Assembly (NCBI GenBank): GCA_902778895.1
Contig: CACYZF010000010.1
Coordinates: 174,482 to 238,481, forward strand
From: an uncultured bacterium
GTDB lineage: Bacteria > Verrucomicrobiota > Lentisphaeria > Victivallales > UBA1829
Length of the DNA stretch: 64,000 nt
Direction: 5' to 3'
A model generated the notes under the pieces. The model worked only from the letters and a program-made list of their open reading frames with translations, was not told the DNA's origin and did no database searches. Below are positions 51,095 to 59,767 of this stretch, piece after piece. Both the position numbers and the translations under genes were made by a program. Positions within the stretch are counted from its first letter, which is position 1, and each line of letters opens with the position of its first letter.

Positions 51095-53848
51095 ATGAAG
51101 AAATCTTCCGCGAAAAAGTACGTCTACCTGTTCGGAAAAGGCATGAGCGACGGCGACGCTTCCATGAATGAACTGCTCGGCGGCAAAGGCGCCAATCTCG
51201 CCGAAATGGCCAAGCTCGGCCTCCCGGTCCCTGCCGGATTCACCATCACCACCGAATGCTGCGTCGATTATTTCGCGAACGGACAGAAGAACCCCGCCGG
51301 CCTCGACGCCCAGATCAAGACTGCTCTCGCAAAAGTCGAAAAGGTCATGAAGATGACCTACGGCGACAAGGACAATCCGCTGCTCGTCTCCTGCCGTTCC
51401 GGCGCCCGCAAATCCATGCCCGGCATGATGGAAACCGTCCTGAACGTCGGTCTCGCCACCAGCACGATCCCCGGCCTCGTGAAGCGCACGGGCGGCAATG
51501 AACGCTTCGTCTACGACGCCTACCGCCGCCTCATCATGATGTACTCCGACGTCGTCATGGAAAAGGCCGAAGGCATCGAACCCGCCGAAGGCTGCGCCAT
51601 CCGCAAGCAGCTCGACGCCATGCTCGACGACCTGAAGAAAGCCAAAGGTTACAAGACCGATACCGACCTCACCGTCGCCGACCTGAAGAAGCTCTGCAAG
51701 GACTTCAAAGTCCGCATCAAGAAAGTCCTCAAGCGCGAATTCCCCGACGACCCCATGCTTCAGCTCCAGGGCGCGATCGGCGCCGTCTTCAAGAGCTGGA
51801 ACGGCAAGAAGGCCGTCTCCTACCGCCGCATCGAGGGCATTCCGGACGACTGGGGCACCGCCGTCAACGTCCAGAGCATGGTCTTCGGCAACATGGGCGA
51901 CACCTCCGCCACCGGCGTCGCGTTCACCCGTGACCCCGCCACCGGCGACAACAAGTTCTACGGCGAATGGCTCATCAACGCCCAGGGCGAAGACGTCGTC
52001 GCCGGCACCCGCACCCCGTTCCCGCTGAACAAAGAGACCAAGAACGAGCAGAACAAGCACCTGGCCTCCATGGAAGAGATGCTCCCGAAGACCTACAAGG
52101 AGCTCGTCGGCATCCGCAACAAGCTCGAACGCCACTACCATGACATGCTCGACATCGAGTTCACCATCCAGGACAAGCAGCTCTTCATGCTCCAGTGCCG
52201 CGTCGGCAAGCGCACCGGCACCGCCGCCCTCAACATGGCGATGGACATGCTCAAGGAAAAGCTCATCGACGAGAAGACCGCCGTCATGCGCGTCGCTCCT
52301 GCCCAGCTCGACGAACTCCTCCACCCGATCCTCGACCAGAAGGCCGAAAAGGCCGCCAAGGTCATCGTGAAGGGCCTCCCCGCCGGTCCCGGCGGCGCGG
52401 TCGGACGCATCGTCTTCAACTCCGAAGACGCCATGGCCTGCCACAAGAAGAAACTCGCCTGCATCATGGTCCGTGAAGAGACCAATCCGGAAGACGTCGA
52501 CGGCATGCGCGCCGCCACCGGCATCCTGACCGCCCGCGGCGGCATGACCAGCCACGCGGCCCTCGTCTGCCGCGGCTGGGGCAAGTGCTGCATCGTCGGC
52601 GCGGCCGACATCCAGGTCGACGAGGTCAAGAAGACCCTCAAGATCGGCAAGCAGACGTTCAAGGAAGGCGACATGCTCAGTCTGAACGGCACCCGCGGCT
52701 ATGTGTACGCCGGCGCGCTGAAGACCGTCGATTCCAGCGAGAACGAACAGCTCAGGAAGTTCATGAAGCTTGTCGATAAGTTCAAAAAGCTCGGCGTCCG
52801 CGCCAATGCCGACACCGCTGAAGATGCCGCCAAGGCCCGCGCGTTCGGCGCCGAGGGCATCGGCCTCTTCCGTACCGAGCACATGTTCTACGGCGGCAAC
52901 GAGAAGCCGCTCTTCGCCCTCCGCAAGATGATCCTCAGCAGCACGCCCGAAGAACGCGTCAAAGCGCTCAACGAGCTCTTCCCCTACGTCAAGAAGGACG
53001 TTCTCGCCACCCTGAAGGCCATGGAAGGCCTCCCGGTGACCATCCGCTTCCTCGATCCGCCGCTGCACGAGTTCGTGCCGCACACGAAGGAACAGCAGCT
53101 TGAGCTCGCCAAGTCCATCGGCATCTCCCATGCGGAATTCCTGAAGCGCGCCGACGCTCTGAAGGAAAGCAACCCGATGATGGGTCACCGCGGCGTCCGC
53201 CTCGGCATCACCTATCCCGAGATCACCGCCATGCAGGCCCGCGCCATCTTCGAGGCCGCTTCCGAGATCATGCTCAAGGACAAGAAGCCCTGCCACGTCG
53301 AAATGATGATCCCCGTGACCTGCGATCCGAACGAACTCAAGGACCAGAAGAAGATCATCGAAAAGGTCGCCGCGGAAGTCGCGAAGAAGAACAAGATCAA
53401 AAAGTTCGACTACATGGTCGGCACCATGATCGAGATCCCGCGCGCCGCCATCCTCGCCGGAAAGATGGCCGAGGAAGCCGAATTCTTCTCCTTCGGCACA
53501 AACGACCTCACCCAGATGACGTTCGGTTTCTCCCGCGACGACATCGGTGGCTTCATCAACGAATACCTCAGCAAGGACATCATCCCCGCCGATCCCTTCC
53601 AGACCATCGACCGTGACGGCGTCGGCTGGATGATCCGTCACGCCGTTGAGGCCGGACGCGCCACGCGCAAAAACCTGAAGGCCGGCATCTGCGGCGAACA
53701 GGGCGGCGAACCGAAGTCCGTGGAATTCTGCCACGAAGTCGGCCTGTCCTACGTCTCCTGCAGCACCTACCGCGTGCCCATCGCACGCCTGGCCGCCGCG
53801 CAGGCCGCCATCAAGTCCGATGCCGCCAAAAAGACGAAACGGAAATAA
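51095..53848 (+). CDS. ppdK: Pyruvate, phosphate dikinase
   Basis: LGGKGANLAEM, RSGARKSMPGMM, GGMTSHAA, GIGLFRTEHMF, SFGTNDLTQ, GICGE. Confidence 0.98.
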   Translation: MKKSSAKKYVYLFGKGMSDGDASMNELLGGKGANLAEMAKLGLPVPAGFTITTECCVDYFANGQKNPAGLDAQIKTALAKVEKVMKMTYGDKDNPLLVSCRSGARKSMPGMMETVLNVGLATSTIPGLVKRTGGNERFVYDAYRRLIMMYSDVVMEKAEGIEPAEGCAIRKQLDAMLDDLKKAKGYKTDTDLTVADLKKLCKDFKVRIKKVLKREFPDDPMLQLQGAIGAVFKSWNGKKAVSYRRIEGIPDDWGTAVNVQSMVFGNMGDTSATGVAFTRDPATGDNKFYGEWLINAQGEDVVAGTRTPFPLNKETKNEQNKHLASMEEMLPKTYKELVGIRNKLERHYHDMLDIEFTIQDKQLFMLQCRVGKRTGTAALNMAMDMLKEKLIDEKTAVMRVAPAQLDELLHPILDQKAEKAAKVIVKGLPAGPGGAVGRIVFNSEDAMACHKKKLACIMVREETNPEDVDGMRAATGILTARGGMTSHAALVCRGWGKCCIVGAADIQVDEVKKTLKIGKQTFKEGDMLSLNGTRGYVYAGALKTVDSSENEQLRKFMKLVDKFKKLGVRANADTAEDAAKARAFGAEGIGLFRTEHMFYGGNEKPLFALRKMILSSTPEERVKALNELFPYVKKDVLATLKAMEGLPVTIRFLDPPLHEFVPHTKEQQLELAKSIGISHAEFLKRADALKESNPMMGHRGVRLGITYPEITAMQARAIFEAASEIMLKDKKPCHVEMMIPVTCDPNELKDQKKIIEKVAAEVAKKNKIKKFDYMVGTMIEIPRAAILAGKMAEEAEFFSFGTNDLTQMTFGFSRDDIGGFINEYLSKDIIPADPFQTIDRDGVGWMIRHAVEAGRATRKNLKAGICGEQGGEPKSVEFCHEVGLSYVSCSTYRVPIARLAAAQAAIKSDAAKKTKRK

Positions 53849-53868
53849 TTCCATTCCTTCGGCTTTAC

Positions 53869-53899
53869 CGGGGTGTCCGTTCTGCGGGCACCCCGTTTT
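53869..53899 (+). terminator. Intrinsic terminator after ppdK
   Basis: CGGGGTGTCCG-TTCTG-CGGGCACCCCG TTTT. Confidence 0.7.
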
Positions 53900-53944
53900 C
53901 ATCTCACCCCTCCCCCAAAAAACCACTGACATTTGTTTCAGACC

Positions 53945-54835
53945 ATGCAGTTCTCCGGCCATCCCGTTTCCTTCTTCTATCCCTGGCGCTTCGTTTCCCG
54001 CGAACTTTACCGGTCCGTCATGGTCGATTTCAGCGACCACGGTGCGGAAAATCTCGTGATCGTGCAGGAATGGATGGAGCGCATCCTCTCGGACCATGTG
54101 TTTTATCTGGATCTGCTGGAGATGGTCCGCGACGCCGGGATGAGACTGTTCGAGGTGCACGCGCCGAACGGTCCGCACTGGGACCTCTCGTGCGTGTTCG
54201 AAGGGCGGCGCGGCCCGATGATCGAAGGGCATAAACGCGCGTTGTGCTACGCCGCGGAGAGCGGATGCCGCACGTACACGATCCACATCGGCGCGGGGCA
54301 GTACAACCGGTTCCGCATACCGATCCCGAAACTCCGCGAGGCCGCGCTCCGCACGCTCGACGAACTCGTCCCTCACGCGGAAAAGCTCGGGGTCGTGATC
54401 GCAGTGGAAAACAGTTTCGAGCCGCCGAACACGCCCGACGAAGTGCTGTTCCTGCTAGAACACTTCAACTCGCCCGCGCTCGGCTGCTGCTACGACGCCG
54501 GGCACGCGAACGTCATGTCGCCCGCTCCCGGCAAACGCCAGGAGCTTTACTGTTCCGTGATGAAGGAGATCTGGGACGGTAACGTGGTCGAATACCCGGA
54601 TGCGCTCGGCAGGCTCGCGCCGCACGTCGTGACCGCGCACCTGCACGACAACGACGGCTACCGCGATGCCCACGCCCTGCCCGGATCAGGCTCGGTCGAC
54701 TGGCCCGTCATCCTCGCAAAACTCGCAGCCTGCCCGAGGCTGATATCCGTGCAGTCCGAGGTACATTGCGACCGCGCGGAAAACGAGGTCACGTCCGGTC
54801 GCATCTGCCGGAAATTCGCGGAGCTTTTCCGCTGA
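53945..54835 (+). CDS. Sugar phosphate isomerase/epimerase (xylose-isomerase-like TIM barrel)
   Basis: EVHAP, TIHIG, IAVEN, CYDAGHA, HLHDNDG..DAH..PGSGSVDW. Confidence 0.85.
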   Translation: MQFSGHPVSFFYPWRFVSRELYRSVMVDFSDHGAENLVIVQEWMERILSDHVFYLDLLEMVRDAGMRLFEVHAPNGPHWDLSCVFEGRRGPMIEGHKRALCYAAESGCRTYTIHIGAGQYNRFRIPIPKLREAALRTLDELVPHAEKLGVVIAVENSFEPPNTPDEVLFLLEHFNSPALGCCYDAGHANVMSPAPGKRQELYCSVMKEIWDGNVVEYPDALGRLAPHVVTAHLHDNDGYRDAHALPGSGSVDWPVILAKLAACPRLISVQSEVHCDRAENEVTSGRICRKFAELFR

Positions 54836-54856
54836 CGTGCCGTCTGTCGGGAGGGA

Positions 54857-55786
54857 TCAGAACCAGTTCCAGCAGCAGATGCCAGCGAGAACGGTGTAGC
54901 CGGAAAGCATCATCAGCGGCGTGTCCATGGAGTGAGGCGCAAACGCCTCGGCGAACGTCATCAGCGGCGGGAGGATGACCAGCGCGGCGACGAACTGGCG
55001 CGCGGTGTCGAATTCGCCGTGGAAGATGAAGATCGCGATCAGCGTGGTGAAGAACACGCACGCGCTGCCTTCGTAGGAACGCGTGTAGCTGCGTTTGAAA
55101 TTCCAGGCCGGGACCGTGTATTTGTGCTTGCCGAAATACTTTCCGATGGGCTCGGCGAGACCGTCGCCGATGCTCACCGCCAGCACGATGATCATGACCA
55201 GATACGGTTCGTGCAGGGTGTTCTCGAAGAGGTTCTGGAAGATCACGCTCAGCAGCAGGCCGGGGAGCAGGTTGCCGAGGATGATCCATTTCAGCGTGTG
55301 CGGACGGTCTTCGGGGCGGTCCATGGAGTTGAACTGGAGCATGAAGAACCGGCAGTTCTCGCGCAGCGGCTTGATGAGCAGCAGGAAGGTCAGCATCACG
55401 AAGAGCGTTTCCCACAGGTGCGGCAGCAGACCTTCGTGCTTGCCGAAGGGATTGATGAGCGGAGCGAGGTAGGCGGCGAAATGCTGGAGCTTGCGCGTGT
55501 AGTTCACTTTGAACTTGGTCGGACGCGTGTAGATGATGTAGCCTTTTTCGTCCGTGGCGCAGTACTTCCGGCAGATGAGGCCGCCGATCAGAGAAACGGC
55601 TCCGACGACGATGATCTTGGTGAGGCCGAACGCGAAGAAATCACGGTCGATGATGCCCTTACTGTCGTACCAGAGGGTATAAACGGTCAGAGCGATAAGA
55701 GCATAGATCCACATGAAAAGGAAAGCAAGGTCGAACGTCTTGGTCCATGGGGCATCATAGGTTCCGTATTCTTTTTCGGTGCTCAT
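54857..55786 (-). CDS. CTP-dependent polyprenol/phytol/diacylglycerol kinase-like membrane protein
   Basis: YTRKLQHF, IGDGLAEPIGKYFGKH, RSYEGS, AEAF..DTP; about 9 TM segments; start at MSTEKEY after AAGGAG. Confidence 0.75.
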   Translation of the reverse strand: MSTEKEYGTYDAPWTKTFDLAFLFMWIYALIALTVYTLWYDSKGIIDRDFFAFGLTKIIVVGAVSLIGGLICRKYCATDEKGYIIYTRPTKFKVNYTRKLQHFAAYLAPLINPFGKHEGLLPHLWETLFVMLTFLLLIKPLRENCRFFMLQFNSMDRPEDRPHTLKWIILGNLLPGLLLSVIFQNLFENTLHEPYLVMIIVLAVSIGDGLAEPIGKYFGKHKYTVPAWNFKRSYTRSYEGSACVFFTTLIAIFIFHGEFDTARQFVAALVILPPLMTFAEAFAPHSMDTPLMMLSGYTVLAGICCWNWF

Positions 55787-56083
55787 GAAAAAACTCCTTC
55801 GATTTCTTTGCCCGCGAGCGGGATCTTTTGCCGATTCAATATTAGCGATACAATAACACGGGAAGAAAGAAAAATCAAGGCGGTATTCCATCTTTTTCCG
55901 GCTTTTCCGAAAAAAACGGAACGGTAATGAATGATTCAACGGAAAGAAGCGGTTCTTTTTTTCACTCTTTGCTTTTTTTTTCGCTTTTTTTCGCTTTTCG
56001 GCTTGACTTTTCCTCAAATCGGGGAAACAGTATGTTGAAACAAATCTTCCATTGTCCCCCGTTCAACAGAAAGGATTCCGCGA

Positions 56084-57412
56084 ATGAAAAAAACGTACGT
56101 GCTCGATACGAACGTCATCCTCCACAGCGCACAGTCGCTCAATGCGTTTGAGGACAACGAAGTCGTCATCCCCATGACCGTGATCGAGGAACTCGACAAG
56201 TTCAAACGCAATCAGGATGAACTCGGTCGCAACACCCGTCAGGCGATCCGCCAGATCGACGCGCTCCGTCAGAAGGGCTCGCTCGCGAAGGGCGTCAAGC
56301 TCGACAATTCCCTGAATCCCCGCAAGTGCGGCAGCCTCCGCGTCATGATCAGCGAGGGGCGTCTCTCCGGCAGCTCCGACATGAACGTGCCCGACAACCG
56401 CATCCTGAACGTGGCAAAGATGCTGATGGAGAAGGAAAAGCATCCTGTGATCTTCATCACCAAGGACCTGAACCTGCGCCTGAAAGCCGATGCGCTCGGC
56501 ATCCCCGTGGAGGATTTCGAGTGCGAGCAGGTCAACAGCGACGAACTCTACAGCGGCCTCCTCACGCTCCCCGCCGACGCCGCCCTCATGGACCAGTTCC
56601 ACCGCGACGGCTTCCTTGAAATCCCGAAAGGCGTCACGCTCTATCCGAACGAATTCGTGATGTTCGCGGACAAGCTGAACGATCACCACACCACCGTCGG
56701 CTGGTGCCGCCACGGCCGCATCGAGGTGCTCCCGAACGGAGCGGGCGAACACGTCGGCGGCATCACCCCACGCAGCCTCGAGCAGCGCATGGCGCTGATG
56801 CTCCTCACCGATCCCGAAATCCAGGTCGTTTCCCTGGTCGGCCAGGCCGGCAGCGGCAAGACCCTCCTCGCGCTCGCCGCCGCCGTCGAACAGGCCATCA
56901 ACAACAACCTGTACGAACGCATCCTCGTGAGCCGTCCGATCGTGCCGATGGGCAAGGACATCGGCTATATGCCCGGCGGCAAGGACGAAAAACTCTCCGT
57001 CTGGATGCAGCCCATCTACGACAACCTCGAATTCCTCCTGCAGAACGGGGGCAAGAAGGACCAGCAGACCGTACGCCGCCGCCTCGACGACATGCGCCGC
57101 TACCATCAGCTCGAGCTCGAAGCCCTCACCTACATCCGCGGCCGCAGCATCCCGCGCCAGTTCATCATCGTGGACGAGGCGCAGAACCTGACGCCGCACG
57201 AGGTCAAAACGATCGTCAGCCGCGCAGGCATGGGCTCGAAAATGATCCTCACCGGCGACCCCGCCCAGATCGACAATCCCTATCTGGACGCCTCTAGCAA
57301 CGGCCTCTCCTACCTCGTCGAGCATTTCAAGAGCATCGATCTGCACGGACACATCACGCTGAGGAAGAGCGAACGCAGTCCGCTGGCCGCGGCCGCCGCA
57401 GAACACCTCTAA
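56084..57412 (+). CDS. PhoH2/YlaK-type protein (PIN domain + PhoH ATPase)
   Basis: YVLDTNV, VIEELD, DNRIL, TKDLNLR; GQAGSGKT, YIRGRS, DEAQNLT, GDPAQID, ERS. Confidence 0.93.
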   Translation: MKKTYVLDTNVILHSAQSLNAFEDNEVVIPMTVIEELDKFKRNQDELGRNTRQAIRQIDALRQKGSLAKGVKLDNSLNPRKCGSLRVMISEGRLSGSSDMNVPDNRILNVAKMLMEKEKHPVIFITKDLNLRLKADALGIPVEDFECEQVNSDELYSGLLTLPADAALMDQFHRDGFLEIPKGVTLYPNEFVMFADKLNDHHTTVGWCRHGRIEVLPNGAGEHVGGITPRSLEQRMALMLLTDPEIQVVSLVGQAGSGKTLLALAAAVEQAINNNLYERILVSRPIVPMGKDIGYMPGGKDEKLSVWMQPIYDNLEFLLQNGGKKDQQTVRRRLDDMRRYHQLELEALTYIRGRSIPRQFIIVDEAQNLTPHEVKTIVSRAGMGSKMILTGDPAQIDNPYLDASSNGLSYLVEHFKSIDLHGHITLRKSERSPLAAAAAEHL

Positions 57413-57426
57413 TTTCTATTTACCCC

Positions 57427-57518
57427 GTGCGCGAGCGTCAGTCGTGCACTGCTTTAACACCGCTTGCGGTGTGCCGGAGCGTCAGCCCGGCACTTCCCAT
57501 GTGGAGGACTTGTCCTCC
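57427..57518 (+). repeat. Two tandem repeat family 2 elements (3' of the PhoH gene)
   Basis: GTGCGCG-AGCGTCAGT-CGTGCAC TGCTTTA ACACCGCTTGCGGTGT and GTGCCGG-AGCGTCAGC-CCGGCAC TTCCCAT GTGGAGGACTTGTCCTCC. Confidence 0.82.
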
Positions 57519-57543
57519 CCGCTTGCGGTCCTACGTTAAGTAT

Positions 57544-57573
57544 AGCCCCTCCGGTTCGCCGGAGGGGCTTTTT
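57544..57573 (+). terminator. Intrinsic terminator
   Basis: AGCCCCTCCGG-TTCG-CCGGAGGGGCT TTTT. Confidence 0.85.
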
Positions 57574-57687
57574 CGTCAAAAAAGTATATCTTTTTTTCCA
57601 AAAAGCGATTTGCATTCCGAAAAAAACGTGTATATTAGAGAAGAATCTAAATTTTCTTCCTCATATCTCAACAAAGAAAGGCTCGAT

Positions 57688-59466
57688 ATGACTACCATGA
57701 TGAAAACGCTTTGCGCCAGTGCAATTTTCGCTACGGCCGCCGCGGCGTCCGCGGATTTCCATGACTGGGCCAAAGCCCCGCCGATGGGCTGGAACAGCTG
57801 GGACTGCTTCGGCACCACCATCACCGACGAAATCGCCAGAGCGCAGGCCGACGCGCAGGAAAAATACCTGAAGGACGCAGGCTGGCAGTACTTCGTGGTC
57901 GACATCCAGTGGTACGAAGGCGGTTCCCAGGGACACGGCTACAGACGCGACGCCGTCCTCACCATGGATGAGTTCGGCCGCCTGCTCCCCGCCCCCAACA
58001 AGTTCCCGTCCTCCGTCGACGGCAAGGGCTTCAAGCCGCTCGCGGACTACGTCCATGCGAAGGGCCTCAAGTTCGGCATCCACCTCATGCGCGGCATCCC
58101 GAAGCAGGCCGTCCGGCAGAACACCCCCGTCAAGGGCACGAACTACCGCGCCCAGGACATCGCGAACACACGCAGCACCTGCGCGTGGAATCCCGACATG
58201 TACGGCGTCGACATGAACAAGCCCGGCGCGCAGGAGTACTACGACTCCGTCTTCGAGCTCTACGCCTCCTGGGGCATCGACTTCATCAAGGTCGACGACA
58301 TCTCCCGTCCCTACGACCGCGTCCAGCAGCTCGAGATCGAGGCCATGCGCAAGGCCATCGACAAGACCGGCCGCCCGATCGTCTTCAGCCTCTCCCCCGG
58401 CGACACCCCTGTCGCGAAGGGCGCCCACGTGAACCAGTACGCCAACATGTGGCGCGTCTCTGACGACTTCTGGGACCGCTGGAGCCCGCTCTACGGCATG
58501 TTCGGCCGCCTCGACAAGTGGACTCCGTACCGCATCGAGGGCGCATACCCCGATGCCGACATGCTCCCCTTCGGCATCATCGAATTCCGCCGTCCCACCC
58601 GCTTCACCCATGACGAACAGGTCACGGTCATGTCCCTCTGGTGCATCGCGCGTTCCCCGCTCATGCTCGGCGCCGACATGACCAAGATGGACGACTGGAC
58701 CGTCAAGCTCCTCACGAACAAGGAGGTCCTGGCCGTCAACCAGAACAGCACGAACAACCGCCAGATCTCGAACAGGGGCGACCTCATCGTCTGGGCCGCC
58801 GACATCCCCGGCAGCAAGGACAAGTACGTCGCCCTCTTCAACGCCTCCACCCCCGGCAGCCGCGACGTCGATTTCCTGAAGGCCAAGTACCACAGCATCC
58901 GCATCGGCGGCGACGGCGAACGCGAAGCCGACATCAAGGCCAACATCGGCGGCTCCAAGGCGTTCGCGCTCGCGGTCACCGACGGCGGCGACTCCATGAA
59001 CTACGACCACGCCGCCTGGCTGAACCCCGTTCTCTCCGGCCCCGCCGGAACCAAGAAGCTCACCGAGCTCAAATGGAAGAGCGCTACGCAGGGCTGGGGC
59101 GAAACCCGCGTCGGACAGACCTCCGACGGACGCCGCATCGATGGCATCGGCACCCACGCCGTCTCCGTCATCATCTACGACCGGCCCGAAGGCTACGACA
59201 CCGTCACCGCGCGCGGCGTGCTCGCCGACAACTGCGAGGACCGCGGCGGCACGGTCGAATTCCTCGTCCTCACCGACGAAGCGTTCGGCGCGGAGGCGAA
59301 GGACGAAGCCGAAGTCGCCGTGAACTTCTCCGACATCGGCATCGGCAAACGCGCACGCGTCCGCGACCTCTGGGCGAACAAGGATCTCGGCACGTTCGAC
59401 GATTCGTTCTCCCAGGTCATCAAATGCCACGCCTCCGGCCTCTACAGGATCAGCCCCGTGGAGTAA
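57688..59466 (+). CDS. GH27 alpha-galactosidase-family glycosidase with inserted NPCBM-like module
   Basis: Signal peptide; PPMGWNSW, VVDIQW, GLKFGIH, WGIDFIKVDD, WRVSDD, PDADMLP; VTDGGD..NYDHA.W and GIGTHA. Confidence 0.9.
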   Translation: MTTMMKTLCASAIFATAAAASADFHDWAKAPPMGWNSWDCFGTTITDEIARAQADAQEKYLKDAGWQYFVVDIQWYEGGSQGHGYRRDAVLTMDEFGRLLPAPNKFPSSVDGKGFKPLADYVHAKGLKFGIHLMRGIPKQAVRQNTPVKGTNYRAQDIANTRSTCAWNPDMYGVDMNKPGAQEYYDSVFELYASWGIDFIKVDDISRPYDRVQQLEIEAMRKAIDKTGRPIVFSLSPGDTPVAKGAHVNQYANMWRVSDDFWDRWSPLYGMFGRLDKWTPYRIEGAYPDADMLPFGIIEFRRPTRFTHDEQVTVMSLWCIARSPLMLGADMTKMDDWTVKLLTNKEVLAVNQNSTNNRQISNRGDLIVWAADIPGSKDKYVALFNASTPGSRDVDFLKAKYHSIRIGGDGEREADIKANIGGSKAFALAVTDGGDSMNYDHAAWLNPVLSGPAGTKKLTELKWKSATQGWGETRVGQTSDGRRIDGIGTHAVSVIIYDRPEGYDTVTARGVLADNCEDRGGTVEFLVLTDEAFGAEAKDEAEVAVNFSDIGIGKRARVRDLWANKDLGTFDDSFSQVIKCHASGLYRISPVE

Positions 59467-59490
59467 GATTAAAAGCACGGCATTCATCAT

Positions 59491-59535
59491 GTGCGCTCGC
59501 GTAAGCAGCGCACTGTAACAGCACTGCTTGCAGTG
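59491..59535 (+). repeat. Repeat family 2 element (3' of GH27)
   Basis: GTGCGCT-CGCGTAAGC-AGCGCAC TGTAACA GCACTGCTTGCAGTG. Confidence 0.75.
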
Positions 59536-59569
59536 GCCGCCGGATTCGATCGTCCGGCGGTCTTTTTTT
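59535..59569 (+). terminator. Intrinsic terminator after GH27
   Basis: GGCCGCCGGA-TTCGATCG-TCCGGCGGTC then T7. Confidence 0.8.
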
Positions 59570-59686
59570 GTTTTGGCCCCTATCGTTTTTTTAAAAAAAG
59601 CTCATGCAAAAATGGATTGTAATTTTTCAAAAAAAAAAAACATCATCATTTTTTCAGAAAAAAAAAGAATAAAACCAAAAAATCGC

Positions 59687-59715
59687 TTGCATTTTTGAAA
59701 AGCGGGTGCTATCGT
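59687..59715 (+). promoter_or_regulatory. sigma70-type promoter of the giant surface-protein gene
   Basis: TTGCAT-17 nt-TATCGT with TG; A-tracts upstream. Confidence 0.5.
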
Positions 59716-59767
59716 ATGCGTGTTTTCGACTTTTATACTTTCTAAAGCTTTACCCAAGGAGCCAACC

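Noticed and set aside
51059-54376. 1105-aa minus-strand ORF
   Set aside because: Antisense shadow of ppdK.
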